From: a virus | Lineage: Duplodnaviria; Heunggongvirae; Uroviricota; Caudoviricetes | Virus record (IMG/VR): IMGVR_UViG_2799112923_000002 | Span: 1-64,000 of that record | Direction: 5' to 3' (one strand) | Length of the DNA stretch: 64,000 nucleotides | In this document: positions 62,390 to 64,000 of the stretch, one piece after another | How positions within the stretch are numbered: position 1 is the stretch's first letter | Layout of the letters: each line of letters begins with the position of its first letter | Notes under the pieces: generated by a model | Database searches by the model: none | The model's input: only the letters and a program-made list of their open reading frames with translations | Told to the model about the DNA's origin: nothing | Position numbers and translations under genes: made by a program

Positions 62390-62732
62390 ATATTATTATT
62401 CCGCCCCTACACAGATTCGGTGCGGATATTTTATTGCAGATGCAGAAGGTAAATGGCTTAATGATCTTCCCATTAAGTCAGAGTTAGTGAAAAACCTTCC
62501 TAGAGTTGTTGTATGTAGTGTTCTTGAAGGAAAAACCCTTTCTTTCGGATTTGCTACATGTTCTTCAAAAGAACAATATTCAAAGAAGAGAGGTCAAAGA
62601 ATTTCTTACGCTCGTGCAATCGGAAAACCTTATAAGGTTGTCGAGTTAGAAGATATTAAGACAATTCATGACGTTTCTGCACAAACAGTTGCCGAGATTT
62701 TTGCTTTGGAAACTGAAAGAATTTATAAATAA
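62379..62732 (+). CDS. Hypothetical protein (117 aa)
   Basis: ORF. Confidence 0.45.
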   Translation: MGVKYYYSAPTQIRCGYFIADAEGKWLNDLPIKSELVKNLPRVVVCSVLEGKTLSFGFATCSSKEQYSKKRGQRISYARAIGKPYKVVELEDIKTIHDVSAQTVAEIFALETERIYK

Positions 62733-62882
62733 TGTTTCATGTAATATTGCAAGGTTGAATCGAAACAGATGATAAAGATTTTGCCAAAAAATTAGAAGAT
62801 TTCATAATTAAATCTGATAGTAAACATATTGGAAAAACAAATATTTATGAAATTTCTACAATTTCTAAAATAGATTCAAAAG

Positions 62883-63284
62883 ATGATTAAAATTGAAAAA
62901 ATAACAATTCCTATTTATAATCAATGAGTTTATTTCATTCTTGGAGATCCTTATGAAGTTCAAGATTATTTGGCAGATGCTTATAGAGATCGTTTTGATT
63001 TTGATCCAGGAGTAACAAATGCAGTAACATTACACAAAGGATTAACTACTTGGATTTGGTTTGATACAGAAACTGTTACCGTTCCAGTAATTGTTCATGA
63101 GTTAGGTCATGCAGTATTTGATTTAATGATTGATTTAGGTTTAGAATTAACAGATCAAGAAGCGTTTTGTTATTTGGACGAGTTTTTAATGGAAAAATGC
63201 GTAAATTTATATGCTATACAGATGGGTCCTATCAATCTAGTAGAGGATCATCTGGACAAGGAGGATGAGCAAGCATCATCTTAG
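62883..63284 (+). CDS. Zinc metallopeptidase-like protein (HExxH), 133 aa, one TGA=Trp
   Basis: Extended upstream of the listed ORF 62970..63284 to the ATG at 62883 through a TGA; VIVHELGHAVFDL motif. Confidence 0.45.
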
Positions 63285-63658
63285 ATGAAAACGAGAATGT
63301 AATAGTCAAACTTTATCAAGGAATGACTAATACAACAAATAATAGAATGGAATTACGTGCTGTTCTTGAAACGTTAAAATATTTTGAAGAACCTGTAGAA
63401 TTAACAATTATTTCCGATTCACAATATGTGATTGGAGGAATCAACGGTGCTGCTAAAAAATGAATAGAAAATTCTGATCTAACTAAGAAAAATTTAGACC
63501 TTTGGTTTCAAATCGTTGAACTATTAGAGAAACACAAAGTTACAATGATTTGAACCAAAGGTCATATTGGCAATAAATGAAACGAAGAAGCTGATCGTTT
63601 ATGTGTATTTGCTGCACAATGTTATAATTTACCAAAAGATGTATGAACTATAGAATAA
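63197..63658 (+). CDS. rnhA: Ribonuclease HI (153 aa, four TGA=Trp), start overlaps the metallopeptidase gene in another frame
   Basis: Manual translation MRKFICYTDGSYQSSRGSSGQGGWASIILDENENVIVKLYQGMTNTTNNRMELRAVLETLKYFEEPVELTIISDSQYVIGGINGAAKKWIENSDLTKKNLDLWFQIVELLEKHKVTMIWTKGHIGNKWNEEADRLCVFAA; the Trp positions coincide with the conserved Trp of E. coli RNase HI (KQWIHNW, IKWEWVKGH). Confidence 0.75.
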
Positions 63659-64000
63659 GATTAAAAAAGTTAGGATCTCATTGGTATCCTGATATAGAGC
63701 ATAGTGATCCATATTCTTTAATATTAGATGAAAAAGTTGAAAAGTGCTTAAATTTATTTAATAAAAGTGGATCTGGAACACTTGATATGTATTTTTGGGA
63801 AACATATACTATTGTAGATGATTCTACAATAATGTTTGATGACTCAGATATATTAAGATATTTAACTACAGATGATGAATTCGATATTAAATTTTATTTG
63901 AATGATCATTTATACGTTGTATCTTCAAATTTATTTTATCTATTAGAGGGTATTTATAATTTTAATTTTCATAAAACTTTTTATAGAATTGAAATACTTG
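63643..64000 (+). CDS. Hypothetical protein, 3' partial (continues beyond the window)
   Basis: ORF MNYRIRLKKLGSHWYPDIEHSDPYSLILDEK... open to the end of the window. Confidence 0.4.
   Translation, partial: MNYRIRLKKLGSHWYPDIEHSDPYSLILDEKVEKCLNLFNKSGSGTLDMYFWETYTIVDDSTIMFDDSDILRYLTTDDEFDIKFYLNDHLYVVSSNLFYLLEGIYNFNFHKTFYRIEIL

Noticed and set aside
1-64000. Mollicute (native code 4) host as the explanation for TGA=Trp
   Set aside because: The element encodes a muramoyl-alanine amidase endolysin, a tail lysozyme and a holin, which implies a peptidoglycan-containing host. It also carries its own UCA-anticodon tRNA and BspA-type LRR fibres, which fits a recoded phage in a standard-code host better.
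1-64000. CRISPR array or spacer-like periodic repeats
   Set aside because: The only short direct repeats are the 3-copy iterons (23628-23710) and a 2-copy 16-mer (56218-56265); neither has CRISPR repeat-spacer architecture.

Overview
Most of this window is AT-rich (~30% GC), tRNA-dense and phage-like, and it reads TGA as tryptophan. Conserved proteins (endolysin amidase, RNase HI, an HNH endonuclease) only translate full length if TGA = Trp, and a tRNA with anticodon UCA sits at 59871-59960. TAA/TAG terminate genes. The left 19 kb carries minus-strand virion genes: three tandem BspA-like leucine-rich-repeat (LRR) tail-fibre paralogs plus a shorter gene sharing their N-terminal module, a >1300-aa fibre with a collagen-like motif, a tail lysozyme, and an endolysin/holin pair. 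Positions 18.9-22.5 kb are a GC-rich (~55%) island of standard-code ORFs, inverted-repeat-rich leader RNA, and 1.2 kb of ORF-free structured sequence. The right 41 kb is mostly plus-strand small genes interleaved with about 30 tRNA or tRNA-like loci. Two tRNA genes are interrupted by group I introns, one of which encodes an endonuclease, and several loci are fragmentary or permuted tRNA-like elements preceded by a conserved 13-nt motif. Other notable genes are two amidoligases with class-I and class-II glutamine amidotransferases, a von Willebrand A (vWA) protein beside tRNA-like RNAs, a GroEL-like chaperonin, a GMP-reductase-like protein, Nudix, two metallophosphoesterases, and an MgtC-like membrane protein. 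An iteron array lies upstream of a helix-turn-helix (HTH) replication/regulatory gene. Every call is from reading the sequence; no search or fold prediction was run, so functions are motif-level inferences.
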